Origin: an uncultured archaeon
GTDB lineage: Archaea > Nanobdellota > Nanobdellia > Pacearchaeales > GW2011-AR1
Direction of reading: 5' to 3'
Assembly: GCA_937143345.1 (NCBI GenBank)
Contig: CAKZRD010000024.1
Coordinates: 1 to 53,855, forward strand
Length of the DNA stretch: 53,855 nt
Below are positions 19,127 through 29,947 of the stretch, one piece after another. Made by a program: the position numbers and the translations under genes. A model generated the notes under the pieces. The model was not told where the DNA came from. It ran no database searches and worked only from the letters and a program-made list of their open reading frames with translations. Positions within the stretch are counted from its first letter, which is position 1; each line of letters opens with the position of its first letter.

Positions 19127-19681
19127 TTAAATTAAAAAAATAAGGATAGTTTCTATTAAAGCGGCAATAAGAAGAAGAGGTATTATAATCAAAACAAAAA
19201 CTTTCAGTGCTTTTTCAAGTTCTTCAATTGTTTTTTTGAAAGAAAACTCTTTTATTAAAATTATTCCTAAATTTAATCCAAGCGCACAAGAAATAAAAAA
19301 AGCAGGTAGTTCAAAAACCCCGTGAGGAAAAAATTTCCATATCTCAAAAAATGATTTTTCTTTTGAAACAAAACGAAAAACAAACCCTGCTAAATATCCA
19401 TTAAAGAATAATATTAACATAGGAATAAATCCTAAAAAAATACCAAGGAATATCGCTAAAAGAGAAATTCTTGAATTATTAAAAAACAACAATAAAAAAG
19501 TTTCGAAAAAATTTTTACCTTCGAAAATTTCAAGAAATTCTTTAATTATCTCTAGAAATTCTTTTTCCATAACGGGAAAGAAAAAGCCTATCAAGAAAGA
19601 AATAATAAAAACTAAAAAGTTTAAATAAAAAAATCTCTTAAATGATTTTAAATAAACTAATTTTTCTTTTATTTCTTTCAT
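19127..19681 (-). CDS. SpoIIM-like (DUF95) membrane protein
   Basis: 184 aa. FFNNSRISLLAIFLG...NGYLAGFV...PHGVFELPAFFIS matches the family pattern. Confidence 0.65.
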   Translation of the reverse strand: MKEIKEKLVYLKSFKRFFYLNFLVFIISFLIGFFFPVMEKEFLEIIKEFLEIFEGKNFFETFLLLFFNNSRISLLAIFLGIFLGFIPMLILFFNGYLAGFVFRFVSKEKSFFEIWKFFPHGVFELPAFFISCALGLNLGIILIKEFSFKKTIEELEKALKVFVLIIIPLLLIAALIETILIFLI

Positions 19682-20424
19682 GAAAAGATTCTTCTTATTA
19701 TTCTAGTTTTATTTGGGAATTTTTTCTTTAAGTAAACTCCATAAAAAAGCCCGAAGAGTAAACCACCGAGATGTGCAGAGTTACCAATAGGAATTCCACC
19801 AATTATTGAAAAAATCCAAAAAAATAAAAGGAGAAAAACTATCCCTATCCAAAGAGGCATAGGTATTATAAAAAAAACTAAAACTTTCATTTTAGGAATT
19901 AAAATTGATAGGAGCCCAGCAAGAGCAAAAATTGCTCCGGATGCTCCAACAGCATAAATTGATGGGCTACCGAATAAGGCTTCGCCTACTTTTCCATAAC
20001 CAAAAAATCCTGCTAATAAAACAAAAAATAAGGCTGCAAAAATACCGCTAAAAAAATAAAACCAAAAATATCTTTTTTTTCCGATAATTTTTTCAACCAA
20101 TATCCCAATTGAAGCAAGAGAAAACATATTCACAAAAAGATGTGTTAATCCGCCATGCATAAAAAAATGCGTAAGAAGAGTCCATATTCTTTTTCCTTCG
20201 AGAATATTACTTGGTTTTATTGCTATATTTTCAATCATTTTACTATAACCAAAAAACAAAGATAAAATATAAAACAAAAGAAAAAAAATAACATTAAAGA
20301 TTATTATCTTCATTGTTAAAGAAAAAGAAAATAATGGTCTTCTTTCGTTTTGGATAACAACATGGCGAATAGGTCTTTTAACTCCCCCATACTTAGAATT
20401 AAATTTATCTTCAAACCAACTCAT
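19678..20424 (-). CDS. Rhomboid-family intramembrane serine protease
   Basis: 248 aa. HGGLTHLFVNM, GASGAIFAL and AHLGGLLFG are present. Confidence 0.85.
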   Translation of the reverse strand: MSWFEDKFNSKYGGVKRPIRHVVIQNERRPLFSFSLTMKIIIFNVIFFLLFYILSLFFGYSKMIENIAIKPSNILEGKRIWTLLTHFFMHGGLTHLFVNMFSLASIGILVEKIIGKKRYFWFYFFSGIFAALFFVLLAGFFGYGKVGEALFGSPSIYAVGASGAIFALAGLLSILIPKMKVLVFFIIPMPLWIGIVFLLLFFWIFSIIGGIPIGNSAHLGGLLFGLFYGVYLKKKFPNKTRIIRRIFS

Positions 20425-21008
20425 TTTTTCTTTCTAATACTTCTTTTTGTTTGCTTCTTCTTTTTTGTTTTTCTTTTATTTTTACTTTCTAAAATTTCTA
20501 TCTCTTTCCTAACTTCTATAAGATTTTTTTCTTTTCTTTGAATATTTTTGTTTAATTCCTCTATTATTTTATCGTTATTTACTAAAGAATAGGGAGAATT
20601 GCACTCTTGGCACACAAACTCTTGTTCTAAACCTGTTTCTTCATCAATTTCATTTTTACAAATAGGACAAAAATAATTCCTTCCTTTTTTTCTTTTTTCT
20701 AAACTCGCTTTCAATTCTTCTATTTCTTTTATTATTTCTGATTCTATTTTTAGAAGTGCTTTTTCTTGATTAAGAGACCAAAAATAAATAAACCAACCTT
20801 TTCTTTTATCCTTTTTTTTATTGAAAAAAACAATCCCTTCTGAAGAAAGTTTGTAAAGAATGTTTCTTATTTCATTAACTGGCATTTTTGTTCTTTTAGA
20901 GAGAATATTTTCACTAACACCTTCTTTTTTTAATAAAAGATTTATTACCTCTACAGATTGTTTTCCACTAATTTTTTCAACAAGGTTTCTTAGAAGATTT
21001 TCCTTCAT
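20421..21008 (-). CDS. tfe: Transcription factor E (TFE alpha)
   Basis: 195 aa. An N-terminal winged helix is followed by a zinc ribbon (CPICKNE...CQECNS) and a Lys-rich tail. Confidence 0.7.
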   Translation of the reverse strand: MKENLLRNLVEKISGKQSVEVINLLLKKEGVSENILSKRTKMPVNEIRNILYKLSSEGIVFFNKKKDKRKGWFIYFWSLNQEKALLKIESEIIKEIEELKASLEKRKKGRNYFCPICKNEIDEETGLEQEFVCQECNSPYSLVNNDKIIEELNKNIQRKEKNLIEVRKEIEILESKNKRKTKKKKQTKRSIRKKK

Positions 21009-21108
21009 AATCTTTTATTTTAATGTTGGTTTTAAAATCTTGCTGTTTTATTTTAATTACTAAAAAATTAAAACAAACTATTAAAAATGCATTTATTTCT
21101 AAACAATT

Positions 21109-21621
21109 ATGGGGATCTTTAAAAAAGAGGAAAAAATTCCTGAATTAGAACCTTATTCCTCTACTTTGGAAAGAAAAATACCTCTTCTTCCATCTATCTC
21201 AAATGAAAGATTAAACCAAACAATAATAAAAAATAGTGTGGAAGAATCAAATGACTATTCAATAGATCAACAAGACGACATAGCAAGATTCAAACCACAA
21301 TCATCTATTCCGGAATTACCTTCTTTAAAAGATATTCAAAATAAAACTGATAGCCCTCATTTTTTTCAGTCAGTCGAAACAAAAAAAGATATTGTGGTTA
21401 AGGGTCCTGAAGAAGTTTTTGTAAAAATGGAAAAATTCAAGCAAGCAAAAAAAGAGATGGAGGAAATAAAAAAAGATTTATATGAGGCAATAGAGTTATT
21501 AAAAAAATTTAAAGATTTGTCTAAAAAAGAGGAAGAGGATGCTAGAGATTTAGATTTAAGTTTAGAATCTGTTAAAAAAAGATTGGACTTTATAGATTCT
21601 TCCATTTTTAATAAATTTTAA
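21109..21621 (+). CDS. Hypothetical protein with a C-terminal coiled coil
   Basis: 170 aa. No family recognised. Confidence 0.4.
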   Translation: MGIFKKEEKIPELEPYSSTLERKIPLLPSISNERLNQTIIKNSVEESNDYSIDQQDDIARFKPQSSIPELPSLKDIQNKTDSPHFFQSVETKKDIVVKGPEEVFVKMEKFKQAKKEMEEIKKDLYEAIELLKKFKDLSKKEEEDARDLDLSLESVKKRLDFIDSSIFNKF

Positions 21622-21622
21622 G

Positions 21623-21997
21623 ATGGCTTCAAATGTTTTTCTAAGATTTGAAAGGGGCTCTTATATAGAATCAAAAAAAGAAATTTTAGGAATAGAAATG
21701 GAGGTTTTAACCTTAAGAAAAAAAATAAACCTTCTTATTTTAAACAGAAAAAAGAAAAATGAAATAAAAAAACAAATAATAGAAAAAGTTATTCAATTAG
21801 AAAAAAAAATTAACAAACTTTCTGATTATATCCCTAAAGAAAAAAAAGAGTTTGAATTGTTTAAAAAGGAAAAAAAGAAAGAAAAAACAGAACTTAAAAA
21901 AGAAGGATTATCCGAAAAAACAACCAAAGATAAAGAAGATATAGAAAATGAACTCCTACTTATAAAAAGAAAAATAGAGGAACTTTCCAATAACTAA
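21623..21997 (+). CDS. Hypothetical K/E-rich coiled-coil protein
   Basis: 124 aa. It starts 2 nt after the preceding ORF ends. Confidence 0.4.
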   Translation: MASNVFLRFERGSYIESKKEILGIEMEVLTLRKKINLLILNRKKKNEIKKQIIEKVIQLEKKINKLSDYIPKEKKEFELFKKEKKKEKTELKKEGLSEKTTKDKEDIENELLLIKRKIEELSNN

Positions 21998-22029
21998 AGT
22001 TTTAAAAAACAAATTTTCATTAAAAAAAT

Positions 22030-22263
22030 ATGAAAAAAGAAGTTCTTTATGTTAAATCAACATTCGAAGTTTTAAAATTAAAAAGAGAACACCCTGAAAA
22101 AATAGATGACGAATTACTTAGGATTCTTTTAAAAAACCCTTCTTTTAAAGAAAAAGAAAAAATTGAAGTAATAAAGGCTGCTAACATGGCTTTAAAGATA
22201 AAAGAAAAAGAAAAACTGACGGATAAAAAAATTGCTCAAAAAGTTTTAGACAATTTGAAATGA
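22030..22263 (+). CDS. Hypothetical small protein
   Basis: 77 aa. No family recognised. Confidence 0.3.
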   Translation: MKKEVLYVKSTFEVLKLKREHPEKIDDELLRILLKNPSFKEKEKIEVIKAANMALKIKEKEKLTDKKIAQKVLDNLK

Positions 22264-23642
22264 TTTTTTGCTTTTTTAAAAAACATTAAAGAAAATTGTT
22301 CTGTATGTTCAAAAAAAGATCTAGGTATAGAGAAAATTTTTGTCGAGAAAAAATGATTTTGATAAGAAAATTTACCTTTTTCTTCTTTTATCTTGTTTAA
22401 TAAAAATAAATAAGTTGTTGCTCTTCCAATGAAAGATATTAAAAAAACAAATAATATTGGATCAATTAAAGAAATATTTTTTGAAACAATATATCCTCCT
22501 AAACTAGCTCCTAAAAAAACAGAAATTCCGTTAAGAATATTTAAATAAGAAGTACAATATACCATTTTTTCTCTACTAACTATTTTAAAAATAAAATTAG
22601 AAGATGCAAGATTAAAACCTCCCCAGCAAAAACCAGAAATAGCTTCTATAAGAAAAATTAAAGAAAAAAATAGTATTTTATTTTCTATAAAGTTTGAAAT
22701 AAGATAAATCAAAGGTATAAAACAAATGCCAATTAGTGTTAATTTAAAAATTTTCAAATTTCCTTTCCTATCGGATATTCTGCCCCAAAAAGACATTGTT
22801 AAAACAGACATTGATGTCATAATTAAAAGAGTTAAAGAATAAAAAGTATAGCTTAGCTGCTTCATCCTCAACAAATAAACGACAAAAAAAGGGCTTGCTA
22901 CAGCAACAAAAAAATTCAATAAAGAGAGAAAAATAACAAATTTTCCAAAGTTATTATAAGGCATATTGTCCAAAAATTGTTTAAAACCGAATTTTTTATC
23001 CTCTTTTATTTTGTATTCTGGTTCATACTTTTTTGTAAAAAGATAGGCAGAAAAAGCTCTTGCCAAAAAAGAAAAGAAAAACAAAATGAAAAAAGCATAA
23101 AGAACATTCCAACGCTTTTTAAAAAAATCTAAGAAAAGTCCAGCTAAAAATGAAGAAATTATTATTAAAATTAAAATGATTTTGTTTCTTTTTGAAAAAT
23201 ATTTTCCAAGCTCTTTTTCTCCCACAATATCTTTCATCCAAGAAGACCAAATCGGCCCACTAAGAGAACCAAAAATTATTAACAAAGTATAAAATAACAA
23301 AAGAATGAAAAAAGATTGCTGAGAAAAATCTCTATTGTAAATAAAAATAAGTCCTGGAACAATTAAAAAAAGCCAGAGTATTGATTGTAAAAAAACAAGT
23401 AATGAAATAGCTTTTTTCCTACTTTTTGTTTTTTTTAAAATAGTGTGACTAAAAAATTGAGATAAGTTTCCGAGTAATGAAGGTATTGAAGTTAACAAAG
23501 AAATTAAACTATCCAATTTAATTAAAATAAGAGCATATGCTGAAATGTTTCTTAAACCAAAACCTTCTGAAAAGGAATACGCAGCGCCTTCATAAATACT
23601 GATTTTTTTTGCTTTTTCTTTAAGTCTTTTTTCAGAAACCAT
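22236..23642 (-). CDS. MFS-type transporter
   Basis: 468 aa with about 12 hydrophobic segments split by a central charged loop. Confidence 0.6.
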   Translation of the reverse strand: MVSEKRLKEKAKKISIYEGAAYSFSEGFGLRNISAYALILIKLDSLISLLTSIPSLLGNLSQFFSHTILKKTKSRKKAISLLVFLQSILWLFLIVPGLIFIYNRDFSQQSFFILLLFYTLLIIFGSLSGPIWSSWMKDIVGEKELGKYFSKRNKIILILIIISSFLAGLFLDFFKKRWNVLYAFFILFFFSFLARAFSAYLFTKKYEPEYKIKEDKKFGFKQFLDNMPYNNFGKFVIFLSLLNFFVAVASPFFVVYLLRMKQLSYTFYSLTLLIMTSMSVLTMSFWGRISDRKGNLKIFKLTLIGICFIPLIYLISNFIENKILFFSLIFLIEAISGFCWGGFNLASSNFIFKIVSREKMVYCTSYLNILNGISVFLGASLGGYIVSKNISLIDPILFVFLISFIGRATTYLFLLNKIKEEKGKFSYQNHFFSTKIFSIPRSFFEHTEQFSLMFFKKAKNHFKLSKTF

Positions 23643-23643
23643 C

Positions 23644-23964
23644 TTAATAAGAAGAATAATTTCCTACACCAAGTTTTCTCTCGAGAAGTTCAATTCTTTG
23701 TTCTAATTTATAAATTTTGTTGTCTAATTCTTCTATTTTCTTATCAATCTCTCTTTTTTTGTAAAAATCATTTGAAACCGCGCTATCTATATTTTTTGAA
23801 GATAGAAAAAGAAAGGGGTCGCTTGAAGAATTGCTTTGGTTTAAAGAAAGGTCTACAAAACCTTCTTTATTTTCTAAGATAGTTTTTTCTTTTTTCGGTG
23901 ATTTAATCACTCCTTTTCTTTGAAGTTCTGTCAAATCTATAACTTTATTTTTTTTAAATAACAT
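23644..23964 (-). CDS. Hypothetical coiled-coil protein
   Basis: 106 aa. C-terminus reads KKIEELDNKIYKLEQRIELLERKLG. Confidence 0.4.
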   Translation of the reverse strand: MLFKKNKVIDLTELQRKGVIKSPKKEKTILENKEGFVDLSLNQSNSSSDPFLFLSSKNIDSAVSNDFYKKREIDKKIEELDNKIYKLEQRIELLERKLGVGNYSSY

Positions 23965-24218
23965 TCTCTTTTTAATAAATGAGGATATTTAAAGTTTTAG
24001 AAAAAGCATTTAAAAGCAAAAGCTAACTCATACTATTTTTCTAAAATTAGTGTGGTTTGTATTTCTTTAATTATTATAATGACTTTTATAACTTAGATGT
24101 ATATTATAACTTTCTAGGGTTTCTCTTAAGGAATTATATTGCCAAAATAAAACCTTATTTTTATTTTATCGTCGGTAAAAGACCAGAAAGATTTAAAAAC
24201 GCTCCTGCTTTCTTCTTA

Positions 24219-26117
24219 ATGAAAATGAGTGAAGAATATTCTGCAAAAGACATAAAAATTCTTGAGGGATTGGAAGGAGTAAGAAAAAGGCCCGCTATGT
24301 ATATTGGAAGTACTGGAAAAGAAGGCCTTCATCATTTAGTTTATGAAATATTAGATAACTCTGTAGATGAATGTCTGGCAGGATTTTGTAATTTGATTAA
24401 AATAAAATTAAATAAAGACGGCTCTGTTTCTGTAGAAGATAATGGAAGGGGCATTCCAGTAGATATTCATCCAGTTTACAAAAAATCTGCGATGGAAATT
24501 ATAGTTACAAAACTTCACGCAGGAGGGAAATTTGATAAGAAAGCTTATCAGGTATCTGGTGGTTTGCACGGCGTAGGTATTTCTGTTGTTGCTGCTCTCT
24601 CAAAAAAAATGATTGTTGAAGTTAAAAGAGATGGAAAGGTTTGGATGCAAAGTTATAAAATTGGTGTTCCGGATGCTCCAGTTAAAGTTATTTGCGAATG
24701 TGAAAAAGGAATTAGTGGAACAAAAGTAACTTTTTTTCCGGATGATACGATTTTTTTAACAACAAAATTTGATTACAATACGTTATTAACAAGATTTAGG
24801 GAAGTTTGTTTTTTGAATCCTGGTTTAAAAATAATATTTGAAGACGAGATAAACAATAAAAAAGAAGAACTTCACTTCCCAGGGGGTTTAGTCGAATTTA
24901 TTAAATGGCTTAACAGAACAAAAGAAGTTTTACACCAGCCAATTTATTTTAAAAAGAAAAATAATGACGACCTTTCTTTAGAAGTTGCTATTCAATATAA
25001 TAATTCTTACAATGATAATATCCAAGGTTTTGTCAATACGATAAACACTATAGAAGGAGGAACACATATTGTAGGCTTCAAAACAGCTTTAACAAGAGTT
25101 ATTAATGATTATGCTGAAAAAAAAGGTTTGTTAAAAAATGGTGGAAAACTTGAGGGAGACGATGTTAGAGAAGGATTAACTGGGATTGTTTCGTTGAGGC
25201 TGAAAGATCCCCAATTTGAAGGCCAAACAAAAACAAAACTTGGAAATTCTGAAATTAAAGGAGTTATAGATTCTATTGTTTCTAATGCACTTACGGAATT
25301 TTTTGAAGAAAATCCCTCTATAGCGAATAAAATAGCACAAAAATCTTTAGAAGCTTATAAAGCAAGAGAAGCCGCAAAAAAAGCAAAAGATTTAGTAAGA
25401 AGAAAAAATGCATTCGGCGGAGGAGGGCTTCCAGGAAAGCTTGCCGATTGTTCTTCAAATAAAAAAGAAAAAACAGAGATTTACATTGTAGAAGGACAAT
25501 CTGCCGGTGGAACAGCAAAGGGAGCAAGGGACAAAGAATTTCAAGCAATTCTTCCCCTCAAGGGTAAAATTTTAAATGTTGAAAAAGCAAGCCCTGTAAA
25601 AGCACTCTCTTCAGAAGAAATTGCAAATTTAATCACGGCAATAGGAACAGGCATAGGAGAAAATTTTGATATAGAAAAATTAAGGTACAACAAAATTATT
25701 ATAATGACCGATGCAGATGTTGATGGCCAACATATTAAAACATTATTATTAACCTTTTTTTATAGATACACTCCGCAATTAATAGAAACAGGACATATTT
25801 TTGTCGCAGTTGCTCCGCTTTACAAAGTAAGAAAAGGACAAAAAGATATTTATGTTTATTCTGATGAAGAGTTAAAAAAAGTTCTTAAAGAAATTGGTGG
25901 GAAACCAGAAGTTTCTAGATTTAAAGGACTTGGGGAGATGAATGATGAACAACTCTGGGATACAACAATGAATCCAAAAACAAGAATTTTAAAAAAGATT
26001 TCAATAGAAGATGCTGTAGAGGCAGATGAAACTTTCTCTATTTTGATGGGTGACGCGGTTGCTCCAAGAAGAAAATTTATAGAAGAAAACGCCAAATACG
26101 CGGAGGTTGACTTATGA
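24219..26117 (+). CDS. gyrB: DNA gyrase subunit B
   Basis: GLEGVRKRPAMYIGS, LHHLVYEILDNSVDE, the Toprim motif EGQSAGG and PLKGKILNVE are present. The start is set at ATG 24219 (MKMSEEYS); the track's TTG at 24057 adds a non-homologous extension. Confidence 0.9.
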   Translation: MKMSEEYSAKDIKILEGLEGVRKRPAMYIGSTGKEGLHHLVYEILDNSVDECLAGFCNLIKIKLNKDGSVSVEDNGRGIPVDIHPVYKKSAMEIIVTKLHAGGKFDKKAYQVSGGLHGVGISVVAALSKKMIVEVKRDGKVWMQSYKIGVPDAPVKVICECEKGISGTKVTFFPDDTIFLTTKFDYNTLLTRFREVCFLNPGLKIIFEDEINNKKEELHFPGGLVEFIKWLNRTKEVLHQPIYFKKKNNDDLSLEVAIQYNNSYNDNIQGFVNTINTIEGGTHIVGFKTALTRVINDYAEKKGLLKNGGKLEGDDVREGLTGIVSLRLKDPQFEGQTKTKLGNSEIKGVIDSIVSNALTEFFEENPSIANKIAQKSLEAYKAREAAKKAKDLVRRKNAFGGGGLPGKLADCSSNKKEKTEIYIVEGQSAGGTAKGARDKEFQAILPLKGKILNVEKASPVKALSSEEIANLITAIGTGIGENFDIEKLRYNKIIIMTDADVDGQHIKTLLLTFFYRYTPQLIETGHIFVAVAPLYKVRKGQKDIYVYSDEELKKVLKEIGGKPEVSRFKGLGEMNDEQLWDTTMNPKTRILKKISIEDAVEADETFSILMGDAVAPRRKFIEENAKYAEVDL

Positions 26118-26536
26118 AAAAGGAAAAAAATAATTTTTGTTTGGGAGAAATTTTAATATTAATATTTGGTTTTATCTTAATTTTATTCAATTTAAGTTTG
26201 TTAATAAACAGCTATCTTAATTTTTTCTTTTTATTTGAGGGTCTTGGTTCTGGTTATCTTTTATTATTTTTAGATTTTATTTCTTCCAGTAATTTTTTTC
26301 TTCTTGTTATTTGGACTTTGTCTTTGCTTTTCCTAAAAAAAATTAAGATTCTTTTTTTTATAGTTGGTTTTTATGTTATTGGTCCTACTTTAATAAATAT
26401 AAATAAATTTGCATATTTTTCTTTATTTGAAAAATTTTTTTTAGCATTTACATTAGTTTATTTTGTTTCATCTTTCGTTTATCTAACTTATAAAAAAATA
26501 AAGGAGAAAAATGAAAAAAATAAAAAACGAATTTAA
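26114..26536 (+). CDS. Small 4-TM membrane protein between gyrB and gyrA
   Basis: 140 aa. ATGA overlap with the gyrB stop. Confidence 0.45.
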   Translation: MKKEKNNFCLGEILILIFGFILILFNLSLLINSYLNFFFLFEGLGSGYLLLFLDFISSSNFFLLVIWTLSLLFLKKIKILFFIVGFYVIGPTLININKFAYFSLFEKFFLAFTLVYFVSSFVYLTYKKIKEKNEKNKKRI

Positions 26537-26909
26537 TTGTTGCGGGGAAGAATTCTGTAAAAAAACAAAAAAAGATTTTGTAGAGGTTTATGTTTGTCCT
26601 AAATGTAGAAGCCTTGATGTAGAGTTTATTTTTTCTTTTAGAAATCTATTTGGAATTATCCCTAAGATGAAATGCAAAAAATGTTTTTATGAATATTTTA
26701 TGTTTCCAAAATGGAAAATATCTAAAAAAGCTCTAAAAGAATTTGAAAAACAGCAAAATAAAAAATCTAAAAAAGCTTCCTATAAAGAAGAAATAAAAGA
26801 GATTTATTGTCCTAAATGCAAGGATTTAGTTAGTGTTGAAATGAAAGACGGAAGTGTTGAAACTTTTATATGTAAAAATTGTAAATTTAAAATAAAAAAG
26901 AAAAGATGA
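26511..26909 (+). CDS. Double zinc-ribbon protein between gyrB and gyrA
   Basis: 132 aa with CPKCRS...CKKC and CPKCKD...CKNC. ATGA overlap with the gyrA start. Confidence 0.5.
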   Translation: MKKIKNEFNCCGEEFCKKTKKDFVEVYVCPKCRSLDVEFIFSFRNLFGIIPKMKCKKCFYEYFMFPKWKISKKALKEFEKQQNKKSKKASYKEEIKEIYCPKCKDLVSVEMKDGSVETFICKNCKFKIKKKR

Positions 26910-29383
26910 TCCTTGAAGAGATTAATCAACATAGAAAAGAAACTAAAGGCGAAGTAGAAGCAAAAGATTTAGTAGACGCAGAAATCTCTGAAGAGATGAG
27001 AAAAGCTTACATAGACTACGCAATGTCAGTTATCGTTTCTAGAGCTTTACCTTCTGCTGAAGATGGTTTAAAACCTGTGCATAGGAGAATTCTTTGGGCT
27101 ATGTATTTAATGGGTTTAGAACATAATAAACAAACAAAAAAATCAGCTAGAATAGTCGGAGACGTCTTAGGTAAATTTCATCCACATGGAGACGTTGCTG
27201 TTTATGAAGCAATGGTAAGAATGGCACAAGAATTTTCTTTGAGATATTCTTTAATAAAGGGGCAAGGAAACTTTGGAAGTATCGATGGGGATCCGCCGGC
27301 AGCAATGAGATACACAGAAGCAAAGATGTCAAAAATTTCAGAAGAACTTCTAAAAGATATTGAAAAAAACACTGTTAAGATGTTACCAAACTTTGATAAC
27401 TCGTTAGAAGAACCAGAACTTCTTCCAGCAAAATTACCGAATTTGTTATTGAACGGTGCTTCCGGCATTGCTGTTGGTATGGCAACAAATATTCCTCCAC
27501 ACAATTTAAATGATGTTTGTGATACAATTCTTACTTACATAAATGATCCCGAAGTCGAATTAGAAAAACTTGCAGAAATAATAAAAGCACCTGATTTTCC
27601 TACTGGTGGTTTTGTCTCTGGTGATCTTAGTGAAATGTATAAAAATGGAAGAGGAAGGTTTATGATACGCGGAAAAACAAAAATAGAAGAAAAAGAAGGA
27701 AAAACAAAAATAGTAATAACTGAAATTCCATATCATATAAGCAAATCTTCTTTAATAGAACAAATTGCAGAGTTGGTTAGTGACAAAAAACTTTTAGATG
27801 TTAGTGATATAAGGGATGAATCGGCAAAAGGAAATATAAGGATTGTTTTAGAATTGAGAAAGGGTGTAGATCCGAAATTTACAATAAATCGTCTTTACAA
27901 ATATACAAACTTACAAATTTTCTTCGATGCTGTTTTTCTTGCTCTTGTAAATGGGGAACCAAAAGAGTTAAACATAAAGCAATTAGTTGAAGTTTATGTA
28001 AACCACAGAAGAAAAGTAATTAGAAAAGCAACAGAATTTGATTTAGACAAGGCTGAAAAAAGATTACATATTGTCAAAGGACTAATTGTCGCACAAAAAA
28101 ATATCAACGAAGTTGTAAAACTTATTAAAAGTTCAAAATCAAAAATTGAGGCTACTGAATCTTTAAAGAAAAATTATGATTTATCAAACGAACAGGTCGA
28201 AGCAATTTTAGAAATGAGATTGCACCAATTAACCTCTTTAGAATATGAAAAATTGAATAACGAAGAAAAAGAACTCAAAGAAATGATTGAAAAATTAAAA
28301 AAAATTCTTGCTGATGAAAAAGAAATTTTAAAGATAATAAAAAAAGATTTGAATGAAATTAAAGAAGAATATGGTGATGAAAGAAAAACTACAATTCTTT
28401 CAAGCGTTAAAGATTTTGAAGAAAAAGATTTGGTTGATAAAAGAGATGTTGTTGTTACAATAACAGACAAAGGTTACATAAAAAGAATTGATTTAAAACA
28501 ATACAAAGAACAAAGAAGGGGTGGAAAAGGAGTAATAGGAAGTGATTTAGTTACTGGAGATTTTGTTAAAGATTTATTGACTTGCTCGACTCACGATTAC
28601 TTATTGGTATTCACAGATAAAGGAAAAGTCCACTGGCTTAAAGCTTACGATGTTCCAGAAGGTTCTAAATATGGAAAAGGAAAAGCAATTGTTAATATTT
28701 TAGAACTAAAAGAAGAAAAAATCTCTTCTATTATCTCAGTTAAAGAATTTAAAGATTATTTAATTATGGCAACAAAAAAAGGTTTTGTTAAAAAAATAGA
28801 ATTAGCTGAATTTAGTAATCCGAGAAAAGGAGGGATAAAAGCAATCGATTTAGAAGGAAAAGATGATTCTTTAATCTCTGTTAAAACACTTAAAGAACAT
28901 CAAGAAATTCTTCTTGTTTCAAAAGAAGGACAAGCATGTAGGTTTAATTCGGACGATATTCGCTCTGTTGGGAGAAATGCATTCGGAGTTACTGGAATAA
29001 GATTAGAAAAAAATGATGAAGTTGTTTCATTAGAAATTTTACCTTTAGAAAATCAAAAGGAATATTCTATCTTAACAATAACTGAAAAAGGATATGGAAA
29101 AAGAAGCGAAATCGAGGATTACAGATTAACTTCTCGTGGAGGAAAAGGCGTCATTAATATAAAAGTTACAGATAAAACAGGCAAGGTTATTACTTCACAA
29201 TGTGTTGTTGAAAAAGATACAATAATTGTTACAACTGCTAAAGGAATTGTTATAAGAACCCCTGTTACAGATATTAGAATTATGGGAAGAGCAACACAAG
29301 GGGTGAGAATTATAAAATTACAAGATTACGATTCAGTTACAGATTTAGCAAGAATTCCAAATATTGAAGAATTTAAAGAATAA
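26906..29383 (+). CDS. gyrA: DNA gyrase subunit A
   Basis: 825 aa. [19 protein letters not shown], the active-site region [10 protein letters not shown] and C-terminal beta-pinwheel repeats are present. Confidence 0.95.
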   Translation: MILEEINQHRKETKGEVEAKDLVDAEISEEMRKAYIDYAMSVIVSRALPSAEDGLKPVHRRILWAMYLMGLEHNKQTKKSARIVGDVLGKFHPHGDVAVYEAMVRMAQEFSLRYSLIKGQGNFGSIDGDPPAAMRYTEAKMSKISEELLKDIEKNTVKMLPNFDNSLEEPELLPAKLPNLLLNGASGIAVGMATNIPPHNLNDVCDTILTYINDPEVELEKLAEIIKAPDFPTGGFVSGDLSEMYKNGRGRFMIRGKTKIEEKEGKTKIVITEIPYHISKSSLIEQIAELVSDKKLLDVSDIRDESAKGNIRIVLELRKGVDPKFTINRLYKYTNLQIFFDAVFLALVNGEPKELNIKQLVEVYVNHRRKVIRKATEFDLDKAEKRLHIVKGLIVAQKNINEVVKLIKSSKSKIEATESLKKNYDLSNEQVEAILEMRLHQLTSLEYEKLNNEEKELKEMIEKLKKILADEKEILKIIKKDLNEIKEEYGDERKTTILSSVKDFEEKDLVDKRDVVVTITDKGYIKRIDLKQYKEQRRGGKGVIGSDLVTGDFVKDLLTCSTHDYLLVFTDKGKVHWLKAYDVPEGSKYGKGKAIVNILELKEEKISSIISVKEFKDYLIMATKKGFVKKIELAEFSNPRKGGIKAIDLEGKDDSLISVKTLKEHQEILLVSKEGQACRFNSDDIRSVGRNAFGVTGIRLEKNDEVVSLEILPLENQKEYSILTITEKGYGKRSEIEDYRLTSRGGKGVINIKVTDKTGKVITSQCVVEKDTIIVTTAKGIVIRTPVTDIRIMGRATQGVRIIKLQDYDSVTDLARIPNIEEFKE

Positions 29384-29450
29384 TGTAGTAACTCTGAAAT
29401 TACAAAAAAGCAAAGAATTTATTTATAAACCCTATTTTTATTAATATTTT

Positions 29451-29834
29451 ATGGCGTTAGATGCAAAATTAGGAGGTAATCTCTTTAATAGAGAAGATTT
29501 TTCAGGTTTAGAAATAGCTTTAGGTAAAATTGTTAGTGAAAAAGATATTAATTAAGTTTGTACTACTTTAGGTAGTACTGATGTATATGGAAATGCTAAG
29601 GGAGTTTTTACTGCTTTAGGAAGTAATGATGTAGGGGAAGATGCTAACGGACTAATGTTATCGTTGGTTATTAACAGAGTTAAAAATATATTAAGAGGAG
29701 TTCAATTTTCTTTTTGGTTGAATATTTGTGGAGAAGGAAGTCAGGGAGTTCAAATAGGATTAATTAATTACAGAAGAAATAGTAATAAGTGGACAAGAAT
29801 TATTCCTTTTTTCGCTATTAGAACTGGTAAATAA
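29451..29834 (+). pseudogene. Remnant of a G-V-Q-x-G-L-I-N repeat surface-type protein, with an in-frame stop
   Basis: The frame from ATG 29451 reads 34 aa and then TAA at 29553-29555. It continues open to 29834 (...GVQFSFWLN..GVQIGLINYRRNSNKWTRIIPFFAIRTGK*). Not in the ORF track. Confidence 0.4.
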
Positions 29835-29947
29835 TTCAAACAATCTTTAACATTTATAAAATCTTTTTTCTTTAATTTATGATGATGTTATATTAATCGA
29901 AAATAAAAAAATAAATATTAAAATAAAAATATAAATTGACTATGCAC

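Noticed and set aside
24057-24218. N-terminal extension of gyrB from a TTG start.
   Set aside because: The extension (MYFFNYYNDFYNLDVYYNF...) is low-complexity and non-homologous. GyrB homology begins at MSEEYSAKDIKILEGLEGVRKRP, just after ATG 24219.
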